Shown here in pieces: positions 13,273 through 25,598 of a stretch of DNA of 64,000 bases. The stretch lies in the NCBI RefSeq assembly GCF_001194135.2, contig NC_068981.1:80375898-80439897 (forward strand), read 5' to 3'. A model generated the notes under the pieces. That model saw only the letters and a list, made by a program, of their open reading frames with translations, did no database searches and had not been told where the DNA came from. Source of the stretch: Octopus bimaculoides. Its lineage: Eukaryota. The first letter of the stretch is position 1. Each line of letters opens with the position of its first letter. The position numbers and the translations under genes were made by a program.

Positions 13273-13540
13273 GGGAGTCATTATGCCAATATAATTAATA
13301 CACACCAGTTCAGTTCCACTCATTTATTAAATATCCAATTGTTTTGTTTTTGTTTCTCAAAGTTCTTTCATTGTTTCTTGCAACCTTTTTGATAACGGAC
13401 TAAGTCAATTGTCATTGAAAAGGTTGCAAGAAGTAATGAAAGAGTTTTGACAAACAAAAACAAAACAATTGGATATTTAATAAATGAGTGGAATTGAACC
13501 AGTGTGTGTGTGTTAATTATATTGGCATAATGACTCTCCC
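13273..13540. repeat. Imperfect inverted repeat, ~117-bp arms with a ~28-nt spacer, in CISD3 intron 1
   Basis: gtcattatgccaat...gcaacctttt vs aaaaggttgc...attggcataatgac, with scattered mismatches. Confidence 0.9.
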
Positions 13541-13855
13541 TAGACACAACTATTTTTAGCATTAGATGGAAACTGTTTAAGCCTATACAAAATTAATCAA
13601 AATTCTTTTTAATTTCATTTTATTTCAAATATCAAAAGTGTGGGAAAATTAGCTAACATTCAAATTAAAAATAAAACGTGAATTGTAATATGTTAATATA
13701 ATACTGCATGCATGTATCCTTAGATTAATATATATTTAAAAATATATTTATGTAGAATTTATAGTAAAGTTGAATATGACATGTATCCTGTGGAATTCCC
13801 ACAGCCTAAATCAGTCTTTATTATTATGATACATTCATGCATGTATTATTCTTAG

Positions 13856-14050
13856 ATGATTCAAATTCGGTGTATGCGACCAGAAATTGTTACCAGAGAA
13901 CGTCCTCATCCAGAAACACCCAAATTTCTGAATGAATACAGTGTAGATGGTCCACCAAAAGGCAAAATTTATGATAAGAAACCATTCCGGATGGAACTAA
14001 AAGCTGACGAGTGGTATTTTTATTGTACTTGTGGGCACAGCAAGCAGCAG
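13856..14050 (+). CDS. CISD3: CISD3-like exon 2 (MIQIRC...FYCTCGHSKQQ), first half of CDGSH motif 1
   Basis: ttcttag| acceptor and CAG|GTGAGT donor; 195 nt, phase 0/0; encodes KPFRMELKADEWYFYCTCGHSKQQ. Confidence 0.95.
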
Positions 14051-14162
14051 GTGAGTTCTTTTCTTAACCATTTAGAATAAACAAAGAAAATGATATTTAT
14101 TTCAGTTCCATTTTATATGTAGTAACAGTAGCAGTGGTGTTAGTGGTAGTAATACTAAGTCT

Positions 14163-14495
14163 AAGTCGTCCCCCTTTGGTCATGAATGACCATGGGATTG
14201 CACCTACACAGTTCCCATTTGTGGCACAAGTCTAGGCAAGGTTGTTTGTGGAAGACCATCAGTCGCCCATGCACACCAGCCTCCCCTCTCCACGCCACTG
14301 ATGTCCAAGAGAAAGGGAAAGGCCGATACAACTGTAGAAATGATGTTGCAACTCATTTTTACAGCTGAGTGAACTGGAGCAATGTGAAATAAAGTGTTTT
14401 ACTCAAGAACATAACACACAGCCCAGTCAAGGAATCAGACTCACAACTTCATGATTGCAAGCCCAACATTCTAACCACTGAGCCATGTGCCTTCA
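14163..14495 (-). mobile_element. SINE-like composite repeat in CISD3 intron 2
   Basis: tRNA-like head on the minus strand near 14495; body resembles the degenerate copy at 20340-20420. Confidence 0.5.
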
Positions 14496-14987
14496 CTATA
14501 GGCAGTAATACTTCTGAGATAATTACTGTATTTGGTGGCATATAAGACACACTTCTTTCCCCCTCCAAAAAAGGGCTCAAAAAGTCACCTCAGGCCTGTT
14601 GGGTCCGTATTACATGTTTAATGCCCTTAAAACTTCTTTTCTTCTCCTGAATTTGGAGTGCATCTTTTATGCTATCAAGTACAGTACTGAAGCAAGGTGC
14701 AAGCATGGCTGTGTAGATACAGAATTTACTGAGTGCTTATTTTTGGTCCCACGTAAAATGTGCTTAATACATTCTGTAATGTGGTTGGCATTAGGAAGTG
14801 CATACAACCATAGAAACCATGCCAAAACAGGCTATAAAACCTGCTGCAGACCCTGGACTTGCTAGTTTCTATCAAGCCATCCAGCCCATGCCAGTATGGA
14901 AAACAGACGTTAAATGTTGATGATGAATAGAAACAGAAGTTTGTTGGATATATTTGTGTGTTTGTGTGAATTTTAACATTTCACTAC

Positions 14988-15170
14988 TTATTTCTTTATT
15001 GCCCACAAGGGGCTAAACATAGAGTGGACAAACAAAGGGATTAAGTCGATTACATCGACCCCAGTGCGTAACTGGTACTTAATTTATCGACCCCGAAAGG
15101 ATGAAAGGTAAAGTCAACCTTGGCGGAATTTGAACTCAGAACGTAACGGCAGACAAAATACCGCTGAGCA
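14988..15170 (-). mobile_element. tRNA-derived SINE, family 2
   Basis: Well-preserved core taagtcgattacatcgaccccagtgcgtaactggtacttaatttatcgaccccgaaaggatgaaagg...gaatttgaactcagaac; the B-box-like GAGTTCAAATTC lies on the minus strand. Confidence 0.8.
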
Positions 15171-18100
15171 AAATGATGTGATGTAGTGTTTATATTCTTT
15201 TTTCAAAGACCAGTGGAATACAAAAATCCTTTATTTGAGAACAGGTAAAGCTTGGTTATAAAAACAGCTACCTCAACCCATGCAAGCCAAGAAAAGCTGA
15301 TGTAAATTTAAAAAAATGAACAGAACATCATTTTCTAATGGAAAGTTTGATCAAGACACTTTTCTTCCTTTCAGTCATCATCATCATTGTTTTTATGTCT
15401 ACTTTGCCATGATTGCATGGGTCAGAACTCATTGAAGCAGGTTTTCTATGGTCAGATGCAGTTCATCACAAACCCTCACCTGTTTCTTTGCAAAGTATTA
15501 CTTCCCCATGGCAGGACATGTTTTTCACAGAAGATTGGAAATGAAAGATAGCACTTGTATGATGGTGATACTCGTTTACAACTAATATGAAATGTCAAGA
15601 CAAGAGGACACACACCCGTACATATACATATTTTTATATGTAAAAAGCACCCAGTACACTCTGTAAAGTGGTTGGCATCAGGAAGGGCATCCAGCTGTAG
15701 AAACTATGCCGAAACAAATAATTGGAGCCTAGTGCAGCTCTCCAGCTGGGGGTCTCCTGTCAAACCATCCAACCCATTCTAGCATGGAAAACAGACATTA
15801 AATGATGACGATAATGATTTATACATACATACACATACACACACACTGGGCTTCTATTAGTTTCATCATCATCATCATTCTTTAATGTCTGTTTTCCATG
15901 CTGGCATGAGTTGGATGGTTTGTCCAGAGCTGGCAAGCCTGAGAGCAGCACCAAGTTCCCATCTGATTTGGCTTGGTTTCTATGGTTGGATGCCCTTCCT
16001 AACGCTAACCACTTTATAGTGTGTGCTGGGTGCTTTGAACATGGCACCACCAAATCCATTCACAACACTTTAATTGGCCTCAACCTATAGTAGTAATCAG
16101 TGAGACTGAATCTGAAACCATGTGGTTTGAGTTAAAGGTAATCATCATCATTAAGCACAGCATTTATAATGAACACTTCTGAACCAACAAAGAAACTTTA
16201 TATAGTTGCTCACTTGAACTGTTAGAAATGGTAGCCCAATTGGCCTGGTATTGATGTATGAGACCAACAATATTATGCACCAGACTTGAAAGAGGAGATC
16301 AACCAAGCTAAAAACAACTGATAGTAAGAAACATTCCAAGAGTCTTTTGAAAGGGGTGAAGGGTGGGAAACATTAGTAATAACCAGGAACAGTTTATGGA
16401 CACAGAAACTTCTTACTAAACGTCTCCAACTGAGATGGTACTAAAAGTAAAACATCACTGCAGAAAGATCTGTAAGGACACAAAATACACCAAGTCAAGT
16501 CCTGTGATAGAAAAGTGGGTTACAGATGCAGTGTACAGCAGTAGTCCCTGATGGAATACAGGGGTATTCCAGACAGGTATACCACTGTTTCTCAGTACAT
16601 GTGTCACATTCAGCCCTCAGGAAAGCCTCAGCTCATACTACCCTAGAGAACCAAGCCCACTCAGCAAGTGAATGAATCAAATGATCCAATATAAATGATA
16701 CCAAGGAATGGCAACAATCGGATTAAGACCCCGACAAAATATTAAAAGCCACACTTGCAAGAAGTGTTGAGCAAAAGTAAATGCTCTTACATCAAATCTG
16801 ACCAGAGATTGCTTCAAAACTAAGGATAAACAGATCAAAAAAATTTCTATGCAACATAACAGAAGAGAAAGAAAAATTCATCATCTGTGGGAAGAAATTA
16901 AGATCTTCAACAAACAATGCTAAAGAGTTCCTGCAGAGGAACATCTACACTGGATTAGAAGAGCTGAAAGCACTCTGAAATTGAGAAAGTAGAGGGAGCA
17001 CAAAAAGGTCCAGTTTTCCAAAGACCTTTTTAGGTTCACCAGAACACTCCTGGACGAAACCAAATCCAGAAGATTGACCATCAACAGTCTGTTTTGCAAG
17101 ACACAGCACTTACCCAAGGAAGATAGCAGTGATAGTAGTTAAGGTACTCATGCCACTTGCTGACACTCGAGACTAAGAGAAACAGTAGAAAGTCCACTCA
17201 ACGGTAAACAATACCATCAGTCAAGTTCATGAGGGAAGGAAAAAGCTTTTGAGCACAGCAAAAAGAACAAGCAGTTTACTACAAAAGGCCCTATTACTAG
17301 ATATGAAAGTAAACCTGGAGAAAGGCTGCATCTCCCTGCAGGTCATCCATACCTTTGGTCATAGAACCTCCTTTGATCTTCAATTAAAGATTAAACAGTG
17401 ATAATATATGCCTATGTAATGTGTAACATATGGTGAAAGCATGGCTGTGTGGCATAGAAGTTTGCTTTATAAGCACGAAGTTTGAAGCGCTCAGTGATTA
17501 TTGGGTACCATCAGATGGCATCAGTTCTTCTTGATTGTATTCTATCTACAAAATTTCATTCACAAGAGGTAATAGTAGTAGTAGAAGACACTTGCTCATG
17601 GTGCTGCACAATGGATCAAACCCAGAACCATATGCTTACAAAGCAATCTTCATCATCATCATCATCATTATTATTATTATATATCCGCTTTCTATGCTGG
17701 CATGGGTTGGATGGATCACTGGTTTGAATAGCACATATTCAGGGATGCTGATCATCTAGATGAGTTGGAGGACACATTTCATACCACTATGTGGTATCTT
17801 GGACAAGTGTCTTCTTTAACTCTGGGTCAACCAAAGCCTTGTGAGTGAATTTGGATGAAAACTGAAAAGAAGTCTGTAGTGTGTGTGTTTTTATTTTGTC
17901 TTGACATGGCACAATGATTGTAAGTAGGCTTCACTTTTATACTTGTGACATTGTTTGCAATCTCCTGTAAAATCATGTCTAGACTAGGAAAAAATATTAC
18001 CTTACTAGGAAACAGGTGAGGATTGGCTTTGAGAAGTGCACCTGACCATAGGAATACTGTCTCAAGGAATCTCGTCTGATCCGTGCAAGCATGGAAAAGT

Positions 18101-18281
18101 AGGCCTTAAAATGATATTAAACATCCATGAGTTAATATTTAGTCTAACATTCTACTTTTTGTGCACGTGCTAATCTTCTAAATTTTTCTTAATGTTTAAA
18201 ACTAAATATTTTTGTAGCTTCATTAAGTTATACACTTTTGTTATATGTATTCTTTATGTTTGTTTATTTTCGTATTCACAG

Positions 18282-18476
18282 CCATTTTGTGATGGGGCAC
18301 ACAAAGCACTTCAAGGTACATCATTTAAGAAAGGAAATTTGAAAAAATATGTTCCACTTCGTTTCAAAGTTGAAACAACCAAAGAATATTGGTTATGTAA
18401 CTGCAAACAAACTGACAACCGACCTTTCTGTGATGGAACTCACAGACGTGAAGATATACAAGCAGCTATTAGATAG
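18282..18476 (+). CDS. CISD3: CISD3-like exon 3 (PFCDGAH...WLCNCKQTDNRPFCDGTH...AIR*)
   Basis: ttcacag| acceptor, phase 0. Splicing yields CTCGHSKQQPFCDGAH plus a second motif CNCKQTDNRPFCDGTH, both matching C-x-C-x2-[ST]-x3-P-x-C-D-G-[SAT]-H. Two CDGSH motifs and no TM anchor indicate the CISD3/MiNT type. Confidence 0.96.
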   Translation, partial: PFCDGAHKALQGTSFKKGNLKKYVPLRFKVETTKEYWLCNCKQTDNRPFCDGTHRREDIQAAIR

Positions 18477-18668
18477 ACTATATATGTTAATTACGATCAT
18501 TAAGAGGAGAAAACATTTTATCTCATGTAATATATTAAAGAGTCATTGTTAGTGACATCCATCAGTTGGTTATAAAACTCTCTTGACTGCTTGATAAAAC
18601 CAGCAGTGGAGTCTGACTATTCAACTGGCCACACACGTATTTAAGAGTTGAATTTAATATTGGAAACT

Positions 18669-18674
18669 AATAAA
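18669..18674 (+). promoter_or_regulatory. Candidate CISD3 polyadenylation signal AATAAA
   Basis: First AATAAA about 190 nt after the stop codon, followed by a GT/T-rich stretch. Confidence 0.5.
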
Positions 18675-20689
18675 TTATTTTACAGTGTTGCTGCTATTTT
18701 TAACTCTATTTGGTACCAAATTACATGAGACCTTCCTGGTAGTAATAATATCAACTACCTGTTTTAAGGTGATCCAAATTAAAGACCTTACTTTAAAATT
18801 TTATTGTTAGTTTGTTTTAAATATCAGCTTAATAATAAATATTATTTTACTAAATTCTTCATTTTCGAAAATTGAAACATTTGCAATGTATTTCAACAGG
18901 TATATGATAACAAAAAGGTTAACTCATGGCAGCACCATTGTAAAATTTACTCCTATTCTGTGATACCTATTTTCAGAGAGTTAGCCTGCGTCATTTGAGA
19001 GTTAGGTCTCTTGACCACAGTTAGAATCAGATGCTGGTCACAGGAAATAGGCAGCTAGCTTCTCAGCCAGTTGTCAAAATACTCTAATCAACTCGACCGT
19101 ATTACAAAAATAAATAATTTGAATTACATTTGTTTAATATCGTTTTCGTTGTTTTCTTCATAATTATTTTCGAAAAAAATGTTCTTTTGTTGTATAACGC
19201 TAAATTATAATTCAGACAAAATCTAAAAGATATGATTACAAGTTCTTATCGAAAATATAGCCCAAACACCTTCAAATGATCGAAATGTACTTCATAAAAT
19301 ATGTTAGAGAAAGTACGTCATCAAGAGTAATGTCCCTTGAAGCAACCAAGTTATGCAATTGTTCGTATTGTTTATAAACAATACTCAAACCTCGTTTCAT
19401 CATTCTTAAAAATTCCTTTTGAATTGATAAAATAACTTTGAGTGAGAAACTGAAGTTGATTTAATGAACCATACTTGCACTTTTCTCTGTTTTGTTTTTC
19501 TGGTTTTAGATTAACTTCTCTGTTAATATGAACAAGATGCTTTGTTGTTGTTGTAATTGATTTTACAGCTGGATACCCTTGCTAGTTTTCATGACTCAAC
19601 CATGAGGTATGAATGGAATCTTTTTTTTTTATTATTTTGTCAGACAACTGGCAGAGTTACAGTTCTTGTCATGTTTACATTTTTATCCATATGGTTAGTA
19701 ATTCAACAACATAGCCCAACAGCTGTCGAAGCTATGTATGTATTCTCCAAAAATATTACCCTTGTACTTAATAGTAAAATATTCAATTTATAGAAATTGC
19801 ACTTTAATTTAGGTTTTGGAAAAATTTTGCTTTCTCATCTGCAATCTGTAGTAATACATTTCATGCTACACTGCACAATGGACAGTTTCAGTGGAATATC
19901 AGTTTTCTGTGAGAAGAGATTAATAGTCTCTCTTTCAACCTTTCTACATTTTTGTGAAAAGGATGTCCTGAACTATCTCACAGCTCAGTTTGGCCAATTT
20001 CAAAAGAAAGAGAAATCAACTCCAGTACTTAACTGGTACCTTTTTTTTTTAATCAACCTTCTCCTACAAAGGATGAAAGGCAAAGATCTTGTCAGTATTT
20101 GAAATCACAATGCAGTGAACTGAAACAAACACGGCCAAGTTTTCTCTCTGGTTCTCATGACAACTATAGCAATTTACCATCTTTCAAAGTGATTATTTTA
20201 CAAAATTTAAATTAATGAGCTTCACTCCTTAGCTAATTCTCATTATGTCTGTCATCTATCAATGTCTCAGGCCTTCGTCAGTCAGGATTAACCATGTATA
20301 TGCACATGTCTCAGAAAGTGTTTTCGTGTGAGACGAGTAGTTTCCTATACATGCAAGTTTCCACTCTCCATGCTACCAGTGACATCCAAGGGAAAGGCCA
20401 ATACAACTTGGCACTAGTGTTGTTGCAGGAATTATCATCAGAACATATATGGCCAATACAGCTACCTCAAAGCATCACATCAAACATTCCACAATTCTGC
20501 TAATCCGCTGCTCTGGATTGGTACCTTTTTTATAAACCCTGAAAGATGAAAGGCACAGTTGACCTTGGCAGGATTATAACTCAGAGTAGAAAGTTCAAAC
20601 AAATACCATAAGGCATTCTATCTAACACTTAAATGACTTTACCAAGTCACTGCCTTTAATTTATCAATGACCTCCTTTTTGTTGCAATT

Positions 20690-22070
20690 TATACTAAATA
20701 ATATACAATAGTTTGGATGGCGCAAGTGATAGGATGAACAATTGTTAAAAGATGAGGAAACTGGTGAAATCTTTTCTAAGTGTATCAATCTTTGATTTTT
20801 AAAGAAAGCAGACTTATTCTATGATTCTTTTTTGAGGTATGAGGAGATCCATTTCTGAGAGAGAAGGATAAGTCTGAAAAATAAAACAGAGGGAATGAAG
20901 TACAGAGAGGTGAATGTATGAATTCAGTGTAGATTATAGTTTACATTAAATTATAAAGTTCAAAGGTAGTCTTGTAGTTGTTAAGTGTTGTATACATTAG
21001 TTTGTATGTGGTGGCATTTTTGGGGGATGTCAGTATTTGTGTATCGGTTGTGCTGTCCTAGATGAGAGAGTAGTGTCCTTGTATACAGTTTATGTTTTGT
21101 AGCAACTGTTTAGAGGTGAAACATTTTTGGCTCTGAAGAGGAAATAATTTTCTATAGATTTCTGTAGTCAAGGTATGTAGTGTCACCATGAGGATTAATT
21201 GGAAATATTGAGACCTAGAATTTGTAGAGATGGATGTTTTTTTTATTTCTGTTTTACTTGTGAGTAGAGAAGGATATGGTATTATAAATATATTAATTTT
21301 GAAATGTGGAGTATCAGTGATTTAGTGCTGATGAGCAAAAATACATTTTCAGGCTCCTAATTCTAGGTGTTAAAGTTGCATATGGAAAAGTGTTGGGTGT
21401 TGTCTTCAGCATTTGAGTGTTTGTGCATAATTGAGTGAGAGTTGAGTGCAAGTGGGTCATCAACACAGGGAAGGAAGTGAATCACAAAGTTTACCTGACA
21501 TTTGTATTCTTCAGAGTTGATAGGATTGGATGGACAATACGTTACCGTATTGACCAAGCATAAATCTTTCACCAAATACATAATGCCAATCCCTCTTTTC
21601 TTGGATTTTGTGGCACTTCAGCTCAGTTGACTGGTCTATATTATTTCTCGCAGCATAGGCATTTCACTCTCAACCATTAGAAACAACTAGGTAGGTGACT
21701 GAAACCATCCTCTTAGACATGCCCCTTCCATATCCTTAAAAACAACAAAACTCACAGCCCAAGTGGTTTGTTCATAGATGTGTTGCAACAGCTCAGGGGC
21801 AAAACATAACTTCCAATACTTAGAAAATACCCTCTTTATTGAACAGTTCTTGCCCAGCAACACAACTTCTGCAAGATCATCATATGAACTTCTTCAAAAA
21901 ACAACTACTATGCACCACACTGCCCTCAGGTTGTCCTGCCTCCTAAACTGCAGCCAAACTTTTTTGTTTCCCTGCCTAAAGGATCTCAACCAGCTTTGAA
22001 CAATCCTTCTTCCCTCCATTTCTCAATGGTGGTGATTTTGTGAGTAGTGCTCTCAAGAGAAGACATCAAC
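20690..22070 (-). mobile_element. Highly decayed Penelope-like retroelement relic
   Basis: Broken minus-strand frames resemble Penelope RT (PCVDDPLAL, cf. YxDD) and a downstream C-terminal region; many stops. Confidence 0.4.
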
Positions 22071-22100
22071 ATTATCTGCTCATATTGCATATTCCAAATA

Positions 22101-22600
22101 TTGGGTCATCCCATAAATAATGTAGTTTTTTATACTTCTTTTATTTTTCAAAATTGAGATAAACAAAGTTCTGTTTTAATCTAAAACATACTCTCCTTCA
22201 TTTTCTACAATGCTTTTCCATCTATCTGGTAGACTTGCAAGGCCCCTCTTCCAAAATTCACTTGTCCATGATGAAAAATACTCCTCCAGTACTGCTCTGA
22301 CCTCATCTACAGGATTCATATTTTTTCCATCCAAATGATTTTGAAGACTGCAGAATAAATGATAATCAGGGCAATGTCCAGCGAATATGGTGGGTGGGGC
22401 ATTGTTTCCCAATGAAACTGCTCCAGCCTTTGGAATGTCATCATTGTTGTATGTGGCTAAGCATTATCCTGATGGAAGAACACCTTTTGTCTTGAAACCA
22501 AAGATGGTCGTTTTTCTTCTAGCACTGACTTAAGCCACTGAAGCTGCTTGCAGTAGATCTCCTTTGTTATTGTTTGGTTTGGGTTTAGAAAATACTTTTA
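22101..22600 (-). mobile_element. Mariner transposase C-terminal relic
   Basis: ORF 22412-22176: PDYHLFCSLQNHLDGK...FWKRGLASLPDRWKSIVENEGEYVLD*; TA|TTGGGTCATCCCATAAATAATG terminal repeat. Confidence 0.85.
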
Positions 22601-22979
22601 ATAGTTATTTGAATATGAAAAAAGGCAAATCAATATTATTGCCTTCATTGTTACAATAACAAAATGAGAAAAATACCCTTCTTTTCATCAAGTGAAATCA
22701 GAAACTAATGAACTGCAGTAAAAGCAATTTTTTTTCTTGATGGTTTTTCTCAAAAGGAAGAAACTGTGTTTAGAGCAGCCTTAGTGGCATTGTAGACCTC
22801 CTAGCTAATCAATGCACTGGGCCCTATAGTATCTATATATTGACATCAAGTCACAACATACATAGGTCAGAATTGGGCCCCTGGGCAACTACCCAACATG
22901 CCCATGCCTTAAAGTGGCCCTGACTGTGTCCATGTTCTTTGTAGATCCACCAAGACTGGTCAGATTGATGTAGCTGATA

Positions 22980-23440
22980 TTCAGCTAAACAGCTGGAAGG
23001 AAATTCCAAGAAGGTGACATTCTAAGGAGAGAAAAATAGATAATGTTAGTGTGGGGTTTAGGAGGAAATACAGAGAATTGATCGCAAGAGGAAGAAAAGT
23101 AAAAATGTAGACTAGAGTTTGGAGTGTATTAGTGAATGAGTCTTTTCCAATTAGCTGGATGGCTTTCTTTTTCATTTGCTAGATGTAGCTTAACAACTAC
23201 AAGTCAATGTCTACAGGAATATATATATATATGAAAGGAATAACATAGTGTCAAGATTATGAGGGAAGAGAAGTAGGTTTAGTTGTTAGAGTGAGGCTTG
23301 AGAGAAAATACAGAGAATAGATTACAAGAGAGAGAAAGGTAGGAATATAGACTAGAGTTTGGAGTGTATAGGTGAGTGGGTCTTTTCCAATTAGCCAGGT
23401 ACTTTGTGGGTGATATAGGTAGGATGTTTGTATGTGTAGC
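22980..23440 (-). repeat. Tandemly duplicated ~170-bp retroelement-like relic (possibly Penelope RT)
   Basis: Two diverged copies of aaatacagagaat...tagactagagtttggagtgtat...gtcttttccaattagc (23050-23160 and 23300-23400). Confidence 0.6.
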
Positions 23441-24299
23441 AATTAAACATTAACTCACATTTGGAAGCAATATGCCACTCATTTGATTGACCCAAGTCTC
23501 ATTTGAGCTTTATAAACAGTTAGTCACCATCAAGAGCTGAAGTATTTCCTAACACATAAGAGGAAAGAAAGTCTTTGGGATGTTATTGATGTAAGATGGC
23601 TAAGAGAGACCCTCAGTGATTGTGATACTTAACGTGTGTTTAGTGACTTCGTTGTGGCGGGGGGTGTATTATTGTGCTATCCAAACAATGAAATGTCAGA
23701 AGGATGTGGCTTGACATTCATTCAGTACAAAAACTCCCAATTTTTGGAATGCTACAGATACTATTTTCACAAGTTATCAAAAGCAGGTAGAGAATCTCTC
23801 ATCATCCCCCAACTCCATTTCCAAACAACAACAGATATTGTATATGTTTTAAGGAACAAAACAGAAAACGTTTACTGCTGACATGTTGCTATGAACCAGC
23901 AGTTGAGATCGGAAATGTGTCTTGTAAGATTTCTAGAAACTGCCATGACATAATGTGATTTAGAAATATAACAGGGAAGACGGTTATGAAGAGAAGTCTG
24001 TTTCATTGTTATTGATTTTACTAAAAAAGATGATTGGTTCATAAAACATTTATGTACTTGCTTTATGGGATTGAAAAAAACCTTCATATATATATATATA
24101 TCTGTGTGGTTGTACATGACAAGGATGACCTTTTGAACTATAAATACAGTCTATGTAAAAGGCTTCCACACAGTTTGCATCAACCCAATTTCATTCACAA
24201 AGTCTGGGTCATAATTACAAAATAAAGTCCTTAGCCATCTCTGTATCCACACAGAAGTACAAATACACATGTATCAAAATCTATATACCATGTATATCA

Positions 24300-24485
24300 T
24301 TGGCGATTTTTTTCTTCCTCCATCTTCCCTTCTTTGGACTTTCCTATATTTCCGACAAAGAGCTTCGCTCAAAACATCAAATTCTCTTTCTTTCTTTTCC
24401 TGAGCATCCAGTAACAATATCTGTATCACGTCCTCGCATTGTTGCTTTTTTGTCGTTTTTCTTGTCTGAACTCACTATGTACATA
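24300..24485 (+). mobile_element. Repeat family B copy with a decayed minimal hammerhead-like core
   Basis: Homologous to 30470-30650 (-) and 63890-64000 (-); begins tggcgatttttt and ends near tatgtacata. Confidence 0.7.
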
Positions 24486-24979
24486 GTTACCTGGATTTTT
24501 TAATACATTAGACAATGTATTGATTTGATGCATAGTGTGGGGAAGGTAAGTAGCTAATTGAATCAACTCAGTACATTATTAGTACTTATTTTAACAATGT
24601 AGACCATAGAAGAATAAAGCTAAAGAAAGGAGTAAAAACTTCCAACTGTCTGCTGAAACTAGTGATTGTTTTAATTAAAAACATTTTTGATTTGGGAAGA
24701 AAAGTTGAGTAAAAAGCCAAAGAAGGCTTGAATTTAGAATATAATTTAATACATTTGAGATATTTTATTTAGTACTTTTCAAATTCAGCCAATCAATGAT
24801 CTCCATGAGCCAGTATCTTCCAAACAGGATATTGATACATATAAGAAATATAATTTTAACGATCATATTGATGTATTAAACAAAAGATACTATGAAATAT
24901 CTTAACAGAAAACATTTGACTGGTAAGCTGTTAGTTGAGCAGTTACAATGTACATCACAGGAAAAAAGCAGGAAAGAAA

Positions 24980-25598
24980 TGCATGACTGTGATACAAAGT
25001 TTGCTTCCCAATCAGGTGGTTTTGGGTTCAGTCTCACTGCGTGGCACCTTAGGCAAGTGCTTTCTACTATGGCCTTGGGCCAACCAAAGCCTTATGAGTG
25101 GATTTGGTAGACAGAAACTGAAATAAGCTTGTCATATATATATATATATAAGTGTGTGTCTTTGTGTTTGTTTGTTCCCCCACACACACACACCATCACT
25201 CAACGACCAGTGTTGGTGTGTTTACATCCCTGTAACTTAACAGTTCAACAAAAGCAGATAATACAGTAAGTACCAGGCTTTAAAAAATAAGCACTGGGGT
25301 CAATTCATTTGATTAAAATTTTTTCAAGGCAGTGCCCCAGTATGGCCACAGTATATATGTATGTATGTATGCATGTATCTGTGTGTATGTGCATGTCTGT
25401 GTCAGTGTTTGTCCATCCATCACTGCTTGACAACCAGTGTTTATGTCCACGTAACTTCGTGGCTCAGCAAAAGAGACCAATAGAATAAGTACTAGGCTTC
25501 AAAAAAAAGAACTCCTGGGGTGGATTTGTTCGACTAAACCCCTTCAAGGCGATGCTCCAGCATGGCTACAGTCAAATGACTGAAACAAGTAAAAGAAT
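24980..25598 (+). mobile_element. tRNA-derived CORE-like SINE, family 1, with duplicated 3' domain
   Basis: gggttcagtc..actgcgtggcacctt(a/g)ggcaagtg head/core; internal (TA)/(TG)n; 3' domain ending gactgaaacaagtaaaaga, present twice. Confidence 0.85.

Noticed and set aside
19569-19735. Signal-peptide exon (MFTFLSIWLVI...AVEA) of a second gene
   Set aside because: No convincing downstream exons and ambiguous splice choices; kept only as a hint under the CpG finding.
23460-24080. Exon-like ORFs at 23.5-24.1 kb
   Set aside because: Broken frames resemble a decayed LINE RT (VCFIVIDFTKK).
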